Below, piece by piece: positions 6,235 to 14,628 of a stretch of 18,918 nt of DNA. The position numbers and the translations under genes were made by a program. The DNA is taken from positions 1-18,918 of the forward strand of contig JBDZWC010000051.1 in assembly GCA_040256005.1 (NCBI GenBank), read 5' to 3'. Positions within the stretch are counted from its first letter, which is position 1. The number at the start of each line of letters is the position of its first letter. The stretch comes from Deinococcaceae bacterium. GTDB taxonomy: Bacteria; Deinococcota; Deinococci; Deinococcales; Trueperaceae. Below the pieces are notes generated by a model. It was not told the origin of the DNA and did no database searches. It saw nothing but the letters and a program-made list of their open reading frames with translations.

Positions 6235-8970
6235 TTACTTCGTCGTGGCCTTGGGGGCCGCCTTCTTCCCAGCGGTCTTGCTCGTCTTCTTCTTGCCGGC
6301 CGTCTTCTTGGTACCGGTCTTCTTCCCGGCCGTCTTCTTGGCGCCGGCTCTACCGCGCTTGGCTCCCGTGCCACCCTTGGCGGCGACCTGAGCGGCGCGG
6401 GCGTCCAAGAGCGCCACGGCCTGTTCCAGCGTGACCTCGTCAGGGGAGAGGTCCTTGGGCAGCGAGGCGTTGAGCTTCCCGCGCTTCACGTAGGGCCCGA
6501 ACCTGCCGTCCCGCACGTCAACGGTCTCGCCGGTCCGGTCGTCAACGCCCAGCTCGCGTAGCGCCCCACCGCCCCGCGACGACTTCTTGCGCAGGAGCTC
6601 GAGCGCCTGCTCCAACGTCACGTCGAGCACGAACGTGTCCTTCGGAATGGAGGCGTACGTGCGGCCGTGCCTCACGTAGGGGCCGAACCGCCCTATGCCC
6701 AGGTCCACGCTGCCGCCGTCGGGGTGCTGCCCGATGCTGCGCGGTAACGAGATGAGGTCGAGCGCCACCTGCTCGGTGACGTCGTGCGGCGACAGCCCGG
6801 GCGGCAACGAGACCCGCTTCGGCTTCTCGCTGCCCTCGGTCTCGCCCAGCTGCAGGTACGGTCCGAAGGGCCCGCTCTTGAGTAGGACGGGCGACCCGGT
6901 CTCCGGGTCGGTGGCGACGGCGACGTCGCCCATGTTGCCCTCGCGCAGGTACCTGGCCAGGTCCTCGGCCGTCAGGTCGGCGGGGGCCGCGTCGGCGGGC
7001 AAGGACGCTGTCTTGACCTCGCCGTCGAGCTCGCCCTCGACGTACGGGCCGTAGCGGCCGACCCTCACCAGGTACGGCTCCCACTTGTCTGCCGTGATCG
7101 TCGAGATGGCCCTGGCGTCGATGGCCTCCATCGCCTCCTCGACCCGCCTGACGATGCCGTCGTCACCGAAGTAGAAGTCGCGTAGGTAGCCGGAGCTCGG
7201 GCGCTCGCCCGCGGCGATGTCGTCCAGCACGCTCTCCATGCCGGCTGTGAACTCGGTGTCCACCAGGCGCCGGAACTGCTTCTCGAGCAGGGCCGTCGTG
7301 GCGAACGCCGTGAACGTGGGGATGAGCTGCTGACCCTGCTTCCGGGCGTAGCCACGCGACAGGATGGTCTCGATGATCGAGGCGTAAGTGCTGGGCCTGC
7401 CGATGCCCTCGGCCTCGAGCACCTTGACCAGCGAGGCGTCCGTGAAGCGGGCGGGAGGCTTCGTCTCGTGGCCGAGCGGCTCCACGCCGCGGCAGGTCAG
7501 CTCCGACCCGGACGTCATCGGCGGCAGCGGCTGCTCCCTGTCGTCGAGCGCGGCGTCAGGGTCGTCCGAGCCCTCCACGTAGGCCCGGAAGTAGCCGGGG
7601 AAGAGCACCGTGCGCCCGCTGGCGCGGAAGGCGAGCACCTTGCCCTCCGCTCCGGGAACGGCAGCGGCCACCACGGCAGCGTCGGCCAGCGTGGCCTCTA
7701 TGCGCGCTGTGACCGTCTTGAGCCTGGCCTCCTTCATCTGGGTCGCGACGGTGCGCTTCCAGATGAGGTCGTAGAGACGCGCCTCCACGCCGCGCAGGCC
7801 GTGCTCGTCCGCGGTGCGCATGTCGGTGCCGGCCGGGCGGATGGCCTCGTGGGCCTCCTGGGCGCTCTTGGACCGCTGCCGGTAGCGGCGCGGCTCCTCG
7901 CGCAGGTACTCCTCGCCGTAGCGCCGCAGGATCGCGCCACGAGCGGCCCGCAACGCCTCGCTCGAGAGGTTCACGGAGTCCGTGCGCATGTACGTGATGT
8001 AGCCGTTCTCGTAGAGGGACTGGGCGACGCGCATGGTGTCGCGCGCCGACAGGCCGAGCTTGCGGCTCGACTCCTGCTGCAGGGTCGAGGTCGTGAAGGG
8101 CGGGGCCGGCGAGCGGGACTGCTCCTTCTCCTCGACCTGCGTGACCCGCCAAGCACCGTCCCTAGCCGCCTCCGCCAAGGCCCGTGCGGCGGGCTCGCTC
8201 AGCAGTACGACGTCCTTGGCCCCCGGCTTGAGCTGGCCGGTGTCGGGATCGAAGTCGCGACCCTGCGCTACCCGCGAGCCGCCGACGTGGGTCAGCTCGG
8301 CGCTGAAGCCGGCAGCGCCCGAGGCCAGCGTGGCCGACAGGTCCCAGTAGCTGCCCGCGACGAAGTCGAGACGCTCGCGCTCCCGCATGACCAGCAGCCG
8401 TACCGCGACGCTCTGCACGCGCCCTGCCGAGAGACGCGGGGCGATCTTGCGCCACAACAGCGGGCTGATCTCGTAGCCGACGAGGCGGTCGAGCACGCGC
8501 CGCGTCTCCTGAGCGTCGACGAGGTCGAGGTCGATCTGGCGCGTGTTGTCCAGGGCGTCGCGGATCGCCTGCTCGGTGATCTCGTGGAACACCATGCGCC
8601 GTACGGGCACCTTCGGCTCGAGCACCTCGACCAGGTGCCAGCCGATTGACTCGCCCTCGCGGTCCTCGTCCGTCGCGATGTAGACCTCGTCCGCTGACTT
8701 GAGGGCGGACCTGAGGCGCTTGACGACGTCGCGCTTGCCGGGGGCGACGATGTAAACGGGTTCGAAGCCGTCGTCGACGTTGACGCCGAGCCGCGACCAC
8801 TTCTCCTTGCGGACGCTGTCCGGGATCTCGGCGGCGGAGGAGGGCAGGTCCCTGACGTGACCCATGCTGGCCTCCACCTGGTACCCGGGCGGCAGGAAGC
8901 GGCTGATGGTGCGCGCCTTCGTGGGCGATTCCACGATGACCAGGCGGGTCTTGGGTCTGGGTTCTGACAA
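6235..8970 (-). CDS. topA: DNA topoisomerase I (type IA), zinc-finger-free C-terminal repeat type with Lys-rich tail
   Basis: TOPRIM motifs [16 protein letters not shown] and ATDEDREGE. Also SAGRVQS, catalytic [18 protein letters not shown] and GIGRPSTYA. Four GR/PF/YGPY C-terminal repeats and a KKTAG tail. TTG start with AGGAGGGGGA upstream. Confidence 0.98.
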   Translation of the reverse strand: MSEPRPKTRLVIVESPTKARTISRFLPPGYQVEASMGHVRDLPSSAAEIPDSVRKEKWSRLGVNVDDGFEPVYIVAPGKRDVVKRLRSALKSADEVYIATDEDREGESIGWHLVEVLEPKVPVRRMVFHEITEQAIRDALDNTRQIDLDLVDAQETRRVLDRLVGYEISPLLWRKIAPRLSAGRVQSVAVRLLVMRERERLDFVAGSYWDLSATLASGAAGFSAELTHVGGSRVAQGRDFDPDTGQLKPGAKDVVLLSEPAARALAEAARDGAWRVTQVEEKEQSRSPAPPFTTSTLQQESSRKLGLSARDTMRVAQSLYENGYITYMRTDSVNLSSEALRAARGAILRRYGEEYLREEPRRYRQRSKSAQEAHEAIRPAGTDMRTADEHGLRGVEARLYDLIWKRTVATQMKEARLKTVTARIEATLADAAVVAAAVPGAEGKVLAFRASGRTVLFPGYFRAYVEGSDDPDAALDDREQPLPPMTSGSELTCRGVEPLGHETKPPARFTDASLVKVLEAEGIGRPSTYASIIETILSRGYARKQGQQLIPTFTAFATTALLEKQFRRLVDTEFTAGMESVLDDIAAGERPSSGYLRDFYFGDDGIVRRVEEAMEAIDARAISTITADKWEPYLVRVGRYGPYVEGELDGEVKTASLPADAAPADLTAEDLARYLREGNMGDVAVATDPETGSPVLLKSGPFGPYLQLGETEGSEKPKRVSLPPGLSPHDVTEQVALDLISLPRSIGQHPDGGSVDLGIGRFGPYVRHGRTYASIPKDTFVLDVTLEQALELLRKKSSRGGGALRELGVDDRTGETVDVRDGRFGPYVKRGKLNASLPKDLSPDEVTLEQAVALLDARAAQVAAKGGTGAKRGRAGAKKTAGKKTGTKKTAGKKKTSKTAGKKAAPKATTK
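6289..6348 (-). repeat. Imperfect 15-bp tandem repeat encoding the TopA Lys-rich tail ([10 protein letters not shown])
   Basis: Plus-strand units cttcttgccggccgt / cttcttggtaccggt / cttcttcccggccgt / cttcttggcgccggc. Confidence 0.75.
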
Positions 8971-9003
8971 GTGGGTTAGGTCCCCCTCCTAGAAGGCGCG
9001 GCC

Positions 9004-9031
9004 ATTATACGGGCGGCCCCTGCGACGTCAA
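9004..9031 (-). promoter_or_regulatory. Near-consensus sigma-70/SigA promoter of topA
   Basis: Minus strand TTGACG (9031-9026)-N16-TATAAT (9009-9004), then a GC-rich discriminator, SD and TTG start. Confidence 0.85.
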
Positions 9032-9048
9032 GTGGCCGCGGGTTGGGG

Positions 9049-9070
9049 AAGAAAACGCCCTTCAGGACGC
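9049..9070 (-). terminator. Possible intrinsic terminator after recR
   Basis: Minus strand GCGTCC-TGAA-GGGCGT (with G.U pairs) followed by TTTCTT, about 40 nt past the recR stop. The stem is weak. Confidence 0.35.
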
Positions 9071-9109
9071 ATCGAACTGCCTGCCGGGAGCTCTCCGCCG
9101 AGGCGGCCC

Positions 9110-9706
9110 TCAGACCTCGCGCCGGTTGCTGATCGCCCGCCCGAGGGTCACCTCGTCGGCGTACTCGAGGTCGCCACCCACCGGTAGGCCGTACGCGATG
9201 CGGCTGACCTTGGCGCCGCCCTGGTGGAGCTGACGTGCCAGGTACAGAGCGGTGGCCTCGCCTTCGACCGTCGTAGAGGTGGCGAGCACGACCTCTGTCA
9301 CTGCGGACAGCCGGCCCAGCAGCGCCGCGATCGTCAGCTGGTCGGGGCCCACGCCGTTCATGGGGCTCAGCGCGCCATGGAGCACGTGGTAGACGCCGCT
9401 GTACTCACCGCTGCGCTCGATGGCGAGGAGGTCTGCCGGTTGCTCCACCACGCACATGAGAGTCTGGTCCCGCGTCGGGTCGAGGCAGACGGTGCAAGCC
9501 TCCTCCTCGGCGCCCATCACGTTGAAGCAGCGCGGACAGAGGGCCAGGCCGGTCTTGGCGCCGACCAGCGCGTCGGCTAGGGCCCGCACGTCCTCCTCGG
9601 GGCGGTTGAAGAGGTGGAACGCCAGCCGCTGCGCGCTCTTCGGCCCGATGCCGGGCAGGCGACCGAGCTCGCGGATCAGGGCGGTGAGCGGCGCGGGGTA
9701 CCTCAT
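9110..9706 (-). CDS. recR: Recombination mediator RecR
   Basis: HhH motif LPGIGPKSAQRLAFHL, C4 Zn finger CPRC..CTVC, CVVE, YHVLHGALSPMNGVGP, EGEATA, SRIAYGLPVGGDLEYADEVTL. Confidence 0.98.
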   Translation of the reverse strand: MRYPAPLTALIRELGRLPGIGPKSAQRLAFHLFNRPEEDVRALADALVGAKTGLALCPRCFNVMGAEEEACTVCLDPTRDQTLMCVVEQPADLLAIERSGEYSGVYHVLHGALSPMNGVGPDQLTIAALLGRLSAVTEVVLATSTTVEGEATALYLARQLHQGGAKVSRIAYGLPVGGDLEYADEVTLGRAISNRREV

Positions 9707-9731
9707 GCCTGCGGGCCGGTTCGCGGGAACG

Positions 9732-10043
9732 TCAGAACAGGCCCCCCAGGCCGCTCATGCCGCCCATGGCGGACCCCATCTCGCGCTCCTGCAGCTCCTT
9801 GGCTTGTCTCTGCGCCTCCGCCACGGCGGCGGTCACGAGGTCCTCGAGCATCTCGACGTCGTCCGGGTCGACGACGCTCTTGTCGATGCGGACCGACACG
9901 ACGCTGCCGTCTCCCTTGGCGGTGGCCGTGACCATGCCGGCGCCGGCCGTGCCCTCTACGGTCAGCTCGGCGAGGCGCTCCTGCGCCTCGGCCATCTTGC
10001 GCTGAGCCTTCTGGGCCTCCTTCATCAGCTTCTGGATGTTCAT
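9732..10043 (-). CDS. ybaB: YbaB/EbfC nucleoid-associated protein
   Basis: MNIQKLMKEAQKAQ..VEGTAGAGMV..DPDDVEMLEDLVTAAV. GAGGAG lies 5 nt upstream of ATG 10043. Canonical dnaX-ybaB-recR order. Confidence 0.96.
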   Translation of the reverse strand: MNIQKLMKEAQKAQRKMAEAQERLAELTVEGTAGAGMVTATAKGDGSVVSVRIDKSVVDPDDVEMLEDLVTAAVAEAQRQAKELQEREMGSAMGGMSGLGGLF

Positions 10044-10121
10044 CACTTCTCCTCGGTAGCTTTAGTGAGTCGCGGCCACGGCTCACGGGCGTGCGCTGTG
10101 TACGGTCTTCAGCCTCGCCCT

Positions 10122-12284
10122 TCAGCCCTCGCCGGGTGGAAGGGCACCGAAGCCGAGGCGGTCCTGTCCGTCGCCATCGTAGCCTTCGTCCTCGTCCTCA
10201 GCGGGTAGCGCGGCCGTCTCCTCGTCGGCAGGCTTGGCGTGTGGCACGAACTCGACGACGCGGCCCGGGAAGAGCGCTTGCAGGCGAGAGAACGAGGTCC
10301 CTCCTCCGGGGTCAAGGGCCCCTTCTTCGCCAGCCTGGCTCGGCTCCACCGCGCCCGGCGGCGGCGACGCGCCCAACGGCCCGGCGGCCACCGCCCCATC
10401 GGGCGCCGCCTCCTCGCCCTCCGAGCCCCAGAAGCCCTCGGGCAGGTCGCCGTACAGGGACCGGGGAGCGTCGTCAGCGGCCGCGTCCAGCTGGTCGTGC
10501 CGTTCCCTCGCCATGGCGGCGGGCGACGACGGTTCGTCCGTGCTCACGCCCTGGGTTCGTCGCTCAGCGCCGGCCGCCGCGGGTTCCGCCTCGTCCGCCG
10601 GACCGGACGATGTCGAACCAGCCTCGGTCTGCGCCTCAGCGGCGTCGTCCTCGCCTGACCTGCCTGGGGCGGCACGGTCCGCCGAGGCGCCTCGTGCCGG
10701 GCGCTTCCGACCGCCAGAGGTGCCGCGCGGGCCCACTATCTCGACCTCGTAGCCGGGCCCGGCCACCTTGGCGATGAGGGTCTCGAGCTCGTCGCGCCTG
10801 GCCACCACCTGGTCGTAGTGGAAGCGCCAGCTGTCGCCGAACTCCAAGGTCACGACCCCGCCCTCCTCGCGTACCTGGGCGGGCTGGAGGAACGCCTTGA
10901 TCTGCGGCGCTGCGGCGGTCCTGACGGCGTGCCACGAGAAGGCCTTGGCCGGTCCTGCCTCCTGGGGCGACCCTCCACCCTTGCGTGACGCCTCCTGATG
11001 ACCCGCCGCGCTGGGCCCTGACCTGGGCTCCGCGTCGGCGCTCTGCCGCGGAGGCGAGGTCGGCTGGCTGGGCTCGGCGGTCTCGACGGTGTCGGCCGCG
11101 CCGCTCGCGGCACCGGCAGACGCGGGCTGCTCGTGTCGGGACGAGGTGGTGCCCAGCGGACGTTCCGACGACGCGGCCGCCGTGAGGCCGGCGACGGCGG
11201 TAACGGCTGTCGTCGTGTGCGCCTGCGGTCCCTGCGAGTGGACCACACCAGGCGCGATGCCGGCGCCGGCGTTGGCCGCCTTGATGATCGCGACCTCGAG
11301 GGAGTACAGGTCGTCGCGCCTGACGAACCTCTCCTGCTCTTCGTCGAGGGCGTGGATGAGCCTGACGAGGACGTCCTGTTCGTGCCGCGACTCGCCCTGC
11401 AGGGTGGCATGCAGCATGTCGCGCAGGGTGCGCCCCAGCTGCTCGGCCAGGGTGCGCGGCGCGAAGCCGGCACGGTAGAGCTCGCCGGCGGCCGTCAACG
11501 TGACGGCCAGGTCGCCGTCGTGCAGGGCCTCGGCCAGCGCGGCGAGGCGCTCACGCGGGGGCAAGCCCAGCGCGTCCTCGGCGTCCTGCGCCGTTACCCT
11601 CGTACCTGCGACGAGCAGTCGTTCGAGCAACGACTCGGCATCGCGCATCGCGCCGTCGGCGGCGCGCGCGACGAGCGCCAGCGCCTCGGTGTCGGCCTCG
11701 ACCCCCGCCTCGTCGCACAGTCGCTCCAGCTTCCCTAGGATCTCGGCGTCGGTCAGCCTCCGGAAGCGGAAGTGCTGGCAGCGGGAGAGGATCGTGGGTG
11801 GCAGCTTCTCGGGCTCGGTCGTGGCGAGCACGAACATCAGCCCCGCGGGGGGCTCCTCCAGCGTCTTGAGCAGCGCGTTGGCAGCGGGCCGGCTGAGCAT
11901 GTGGGCCTCGTCGAGTATCCACACGCGCGTGCCGCCCCGGAGGCTGGCCAGGCCGACCTGCTCCCTGAGGGCGCGCACGTCGTCGACCGAGTTGTTCGAG
12001 GCCGCGTCCAGCTCCATGACGTCGGGGTGCGAGCCCTCTCGCACCAGCCGACACGACTCGCACTGCCCGCACGGCCGCTCCCTGGGGTCCTCGCGGTCGC
12101 AGTTGACAGCCATGGCGAGGAGCCGCGCCGTGGTCGTCTTGCCCACGCCGCGAGGTCCGGAGAAGAGGTACGCGTGGCCGGTGAGCCCGCGGGCGACGGC
12201 GGAGCCCAACACGTCCTTGACGTGCTCCTGCCCCACGACCTGGTCGAACGTGACCGGGCGGGCGCGCTGGTAGAGGGCCGACAT
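10122..12284 (-). CDS. dnaX: DNA polymerase III subunit gamma/tau
   Basis: ALYQRARPVTFDQVVGQEHV, Walker A GPRGVGKT, Zn module C..PCGQCESC, ELDAASNNSVDDVR, DEAHML, NALLKTLEEPP, SRC. Long low-complexity linkers and a C-terminal LFPGRVV segment. Confidence 0.98.
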   Translation of the reverse strand: MSALYQRARPVTFDQVVGQEHVKDVLGSAVARGLTGHAYLFSGPRGVGKTTTARLLAMAVNCDREDPRERPCGQCESCRLVREGSHPDVMELDAASNNSVDDVRALREQVGLASLRGGTRVWILDEAHMLSRPAANALLKTLEEPPAGLMFVLATTEPEKLPPTILSRCQHFRFRRLTDAEILGKLERLCDEAGVEADTEALALVARAADGAMRDAESLLERLLVAGTRVTAQDAEDALGLPPRERLAALAEALHDGDLAVTLTAAGELYRAGFAPRTLAEQLGRTLRDMLHATLQGESRHEQDVLVRLIHALDEEQERFVRRDDLYSLEVAIIKAANAGAGIAPGVVHSQGPQAHTTTAVTAVAGLTAAASSERPLGTTSSRHEQPASAGAASGAADTVETAEPSQPTSPPRQSADAEPRSGPSAAGHQEASRKGGGSPQEAGPAKAFSWHAVRTAAAPQIKAFLQPAQVREEGGVVTLEFGDSWRFHYDQVVARRDELETLIAKVAGPGYEVEIVGPRGTSGGRKRPARGASADRAAPGRSGEDDAAEAQTEAGSTSSGPADEAEPAAAGAERRTQGVSTDEPSSPAAMARERHDQLDAAADDAPRSLYGDLPEGFWGSEGEEAAPDGAVAAGPLGASPPPGAVEPSQAGEEGALDPGGGTSFSRLQALFPGRVVEFVPHAKPADEETAALPAEDEDEGYDGDGQDRLGFGALPPGEG

Positions 12285-12293
12285 CGGACGGCC

Positions 12294-12302
12294 AGTCTAC
12301 CA
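12294..12302 (-). promoter_or_regulatory. Putative extended -10 promoter (TGgTAGACT) for dnaX-ybaB-recR
   Basis: Minus strand TG-g-TAGACT-N9-ATG(12284), no SD. Confidence 0.6.
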
Positions 12303-12328
12303 CCGTGCCACGCTGCCTCCCCGCGGCG

Positions 12329-12388
12329 CGGCGACGCCCCCATCGCGTCCTGGTCGGCGTTTCCTCATCGGTGACGGGCGCGTCGCCG
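12329..12388. repeat. Imperfect 16-bp inverted repeat in the dnaX/patatin divergent intergenic region
   Basis: Left arm cggcgacgcccccatc (12329-12344) against the reverse complement of 12373-12388 (cggcgacgcgcccgtc): 14/16 match, 28-nt spacer. Confidence 0.55.
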
Positions 12389-12401
12389 AGGGCGACCGAT
12401 G

Positions 12402-12407
12402 TACCAT
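12402..12407 (+). promoter_or_regulatory. Putative -10 element (TACCAT) for leaderless patatin-ATPase transcript
   Basis: TACCAT-N7-ATG(12415), no SD. Confidence 0.55.
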
Positions 12408-12414
12408 GCACCCG

Positions 12415-13365
12415 ATGATCGAGCAGCGGACCGCTCCAACGGAGGTGGGCGTCGCCCTGGGCGGCGGCGCGGCCAGGGGCGTGGCTCACGTCGGCGCGCT
12501 CAAGGCCGTCGAGGCGGCCGGCCTGGGCGTCGCCGGGGTGGCCGGCACCAGCTACGGGGCCGTGATAGCCGCGCTGTACGCGCTGGGAGCTCACGGGCTG
12601 GAGCTCGAGCGGATCGTCAGGACCCAGGACCTCACCGAGCTGTGGCTGCAGGGCGTCGACTTCGGGCTGCACGAGGGCGCGTTGGTGAGCGGCAAGCGGT
12701 TGGCGCGGTGGCTGGACAGGAAGTTCTTCATGGGCGCGACGTTCGACGACGTTCGGCTTCCACTCGCGATCGCCTGCACCGACCTCCGTTCCGGACGTCT
12801 GCGCGTCCTGCGCTCCGGCTCGATAGCGGAAGCGGTGAGGGCATCGTGCGCTCTGCCTGGCGTTTTCGCCCCGGTCCGGCTGGGCGGTGAGGTGCTCATA
12901 GACGGAGGCTTGGTCGAGACGGTGCCGTTCAAGGCCCTGTCCACGCTGGACGTCCCCGTGATGATCGGTGTGTACGCCGGCATGGACGTCGAAGGCTCGC
13001 GTTTCGTCGGCGCCGTGCGGCGTTTCGCGGCCTCGCCGGCCGGGCGCGCTCACTACCGCCGGACCGGCCGGGTGGCGCCCGACGGGCCTCTAAGGCAGGT
13101 CGCCCGGGGCCTGGCGATATCGGCGCGCTCGTACAGCCGGCCCGTGAGGGTGCCGCGCGGGGCACACCTGGTCACGGTGGACCCCGGTGTCGCCTGGTGG
13201 GACTTCCACCGCTCACCACGGTCGGTGGCGGCGGGCCAGAGAGCGATGAGCGCGCTGCTCGACGGGCTCATGGACAGGGGTCTGCTCCGGTCCTCCGGGA
13301 CCAGGGAGCGGCGGGACGCCGGCTCGTCCGTACGCGCCGACGGCAGGGAAGCGGCGGGGTCCTAG
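12415..13365 (+). CDS. Patatin-like phospholipase (RssA/NTE-like family)
   Basis: ALGGGAARGVAHVG oxyanion loop, nucleophile elbow GTSYG, ASCALPGVFAPV, catalytic IDGGL. Start 12415 is preferred over 12406, which overlaps the -10 box. Confidence 0.93.
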   Translation: MIEQRTAPTEVGVALGGGAARGVAHVGALKAVEAAGLGVAGVAGTSYGAVIAALYALGAHGLELERIVRTQDLTELWLQGVDFGLHEGALVSGKRLARWLDRKFFMGATFDDVRLPLAIACTDLRSGRLRVLRSGSIAEAVRASCALPGVFAPVRLGGEVLIDGGLVETVPFKALSTLDVPVMIGVYAGMDVEGSRFVGAVRRFAASPAGRAHYRRTGRVAPDGPLRQVARGLAISARSYSRPVRVPRGAHLVTVDPGVAWWDFHRSPRSVAAGQRAMSALLDGLMDRGLLRSSGTRERRDAGSSVRADGREAAGS

Positions 13366-14616
13366 GTGCCGGACCTGTACCTGCCGTTCTCCTTCCGCGG
13401 CGCGGGCTGGTGGCGGGCCCACCTCCGTCTGGAGCGCGCGCTCTCGCAGGACGCACCGGACACCGCCAGCGTGCGTTCCGCCTGGGCGCGCCTGGCGCGT
13501 GCTCTGGTCGCCGCCGGTGCAGGCTCGATGGCCGAGGCTGTCGCCGCGGGTCTGGTCACGGGCCGGCCGCCGTGGGAAGGACCGAGGACCGGCGCGCGAG
13601 CGGACGAGCTGCCGGGCGGCCTGGCGGAGCTACTGCGACACGACCTCGCGACGCTGTCGGCGGCGACCCGGGTCACCGCCGAGCCGAATCGAAGCGGAAC
13701 GACGGCTGGTCTGCCAGCCCTTCGCGACCTGGCGGCTCCTCATCTGGACGGCGGCCTGCGGGCCCTGGCGGAGGCGTTGGACGGCGGCGACGCCGAGGCG
13801 CTCCTGGCTCTGTACCTGCGGGAGCTGAGCGCTCGGGGCGGCGGGCCGGCGAGCCTGCACCCTGCGCTGACCTGGGACGGCGGTGCGCTGAGGCCGGTGG
13901 CCGCGCCCGACATCGCCGACTGGGAGGAGCTGTTCGGGCTGGACTCGCAGCTCGAGAGGCTGGCGGCCAACACCGGGGCCCTGTTGGCCGGAACCCCGGC
14001 TCACGACGCGCTCCTGTACGGGGCCAGGGGCAGCGGGAAGTCCACGGCCGTGAGGGGCCTGCTCAAGCGCTTCGCCGGCACGGCACTCCGCCTGGTCGAG
14101 GTGAGGTCGGGGGCCCTGGGCGACCTGCCCGACCTGCTGGAGCGACTCAGACACCGACCTCAGGCGTTCGTGCTGTACGTCGACGACCTGTCTTTCGACG
14201 GCGACGACCCGGCCTATCGGCCACTCAAGTCGCTGTTGGAGGGCGGTCTCGCGTCACGTCCGCGGAACGTCGCCGTCTACGCCACGAGCAATAGGCGGCA
14301 CCTGCTGGCCGAGCGCTTCTCGGACAGGCCGTCCCCGGAGGACGAGGACGTGAGCCGTTGGGACACGCAACACGAGAAGCTCGCCCTGGCCGACAGGTTC
14401 GGCTTGGTGATCACGTTCCCTGACGCCACGCAGAGGCGGTACCTCGAACTGGTGCGCGGCCTCGCCCAGCTCCACGGGGTCGCCGACGAGGTGGGGGAGG
14501 AGGCGGCCCTGCGGTTCGCCGAGTGGGGTAACGGGTACTCGGGCCGCACGGCCAGGCAGTTCGTGGACAGCCTCAGGCAGGCGCGTCCCCCTGTGAGCGG
14601 TCGAACCTCGGCCTAG
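13366..14616 (+). CDS. DUF815-family AAA+ ATPase
   Basis: Walker A LLYGARGSGKS, Walker B FVLYVDDLSF, LKSLLEGGL, YATSNRRHL, EKLALADRFGL and SGRTARQF are all typical of DUF815. The GTG immediately follows the patatin TAG. Confidence 0.9.
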   Translation: MPDLYLPFSFRGAGWWRAHLRLERALSQDAPDTASVRSAWARLARALVAAGAGSMAEAVAAGLVTGRPPWEGPRTGARADELPGGLAELLRHDLATLSAATRVTAEPNRSGTTAGLPALRDLAAPHLDGGLRALAEALDGGDAEALLALYLRELSARGGGPASLHPALTWDGGALRPVAAPDIADWEELFGLDSQLERLAANTGALLAGTPAHDALLYGARGSGKSTAVRGLLKRFAGTALRLVEVRSGALGDLPDLLERLRHRPQAFVLYVDDLSFDGDDPAYRPLKSLLEGGLASRPRNVAVYATSNRRHLLAERFSDRPSPEDEDVSRWDTQHEKLALADRFGLVITFPDATQRRYLELVRGLAQLHGVADEVGEEAALRFAEWGNGYSGRTARQFVDSLRQARPPVSGRTSA

Positions 14617-14628
14617 GTCGGTCAGCGG

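Noticed and set aside
7468..8649. 393-aa plus-strand ORF and other long antisense ORFs (5252..6088, 15661..16683, 16707..17579, 17628..18344)
   Set aside because: Antisense shadows of real genes, caused by GC-biased codon usage.
6167..9110. DdrO/RDRM or LexA-type damage-response palindromes upstream of recO and topA
   Set aside because: No AT-rich palindromic operator is visible in the short intergenic regions.
10060..10090. Hairpin gtgagtcg..cggctcac between dnaX and ybaB as a terminator
   Set aside because: Mismatched on the transcribed strand and has no U-tract. At most a processing or stabilising stem.
12329..12388. SRP RNA (upstream of dnaX in Bacillota) or hammerhead ribozyme (CCGATGAGGAAAC on the minus strand)
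   Set aside because: Lacks the SRP helix-8 GNRA loop and internal-loop motif. The hammerhead core CUGAUGA is mismatched and stem II is missing.
11551..13053. 500-aa minus-strand ORF across patatin and dnaX
   Set aside because: Antisense to patatin and out of frame within dnaX, with no recognisable domain.
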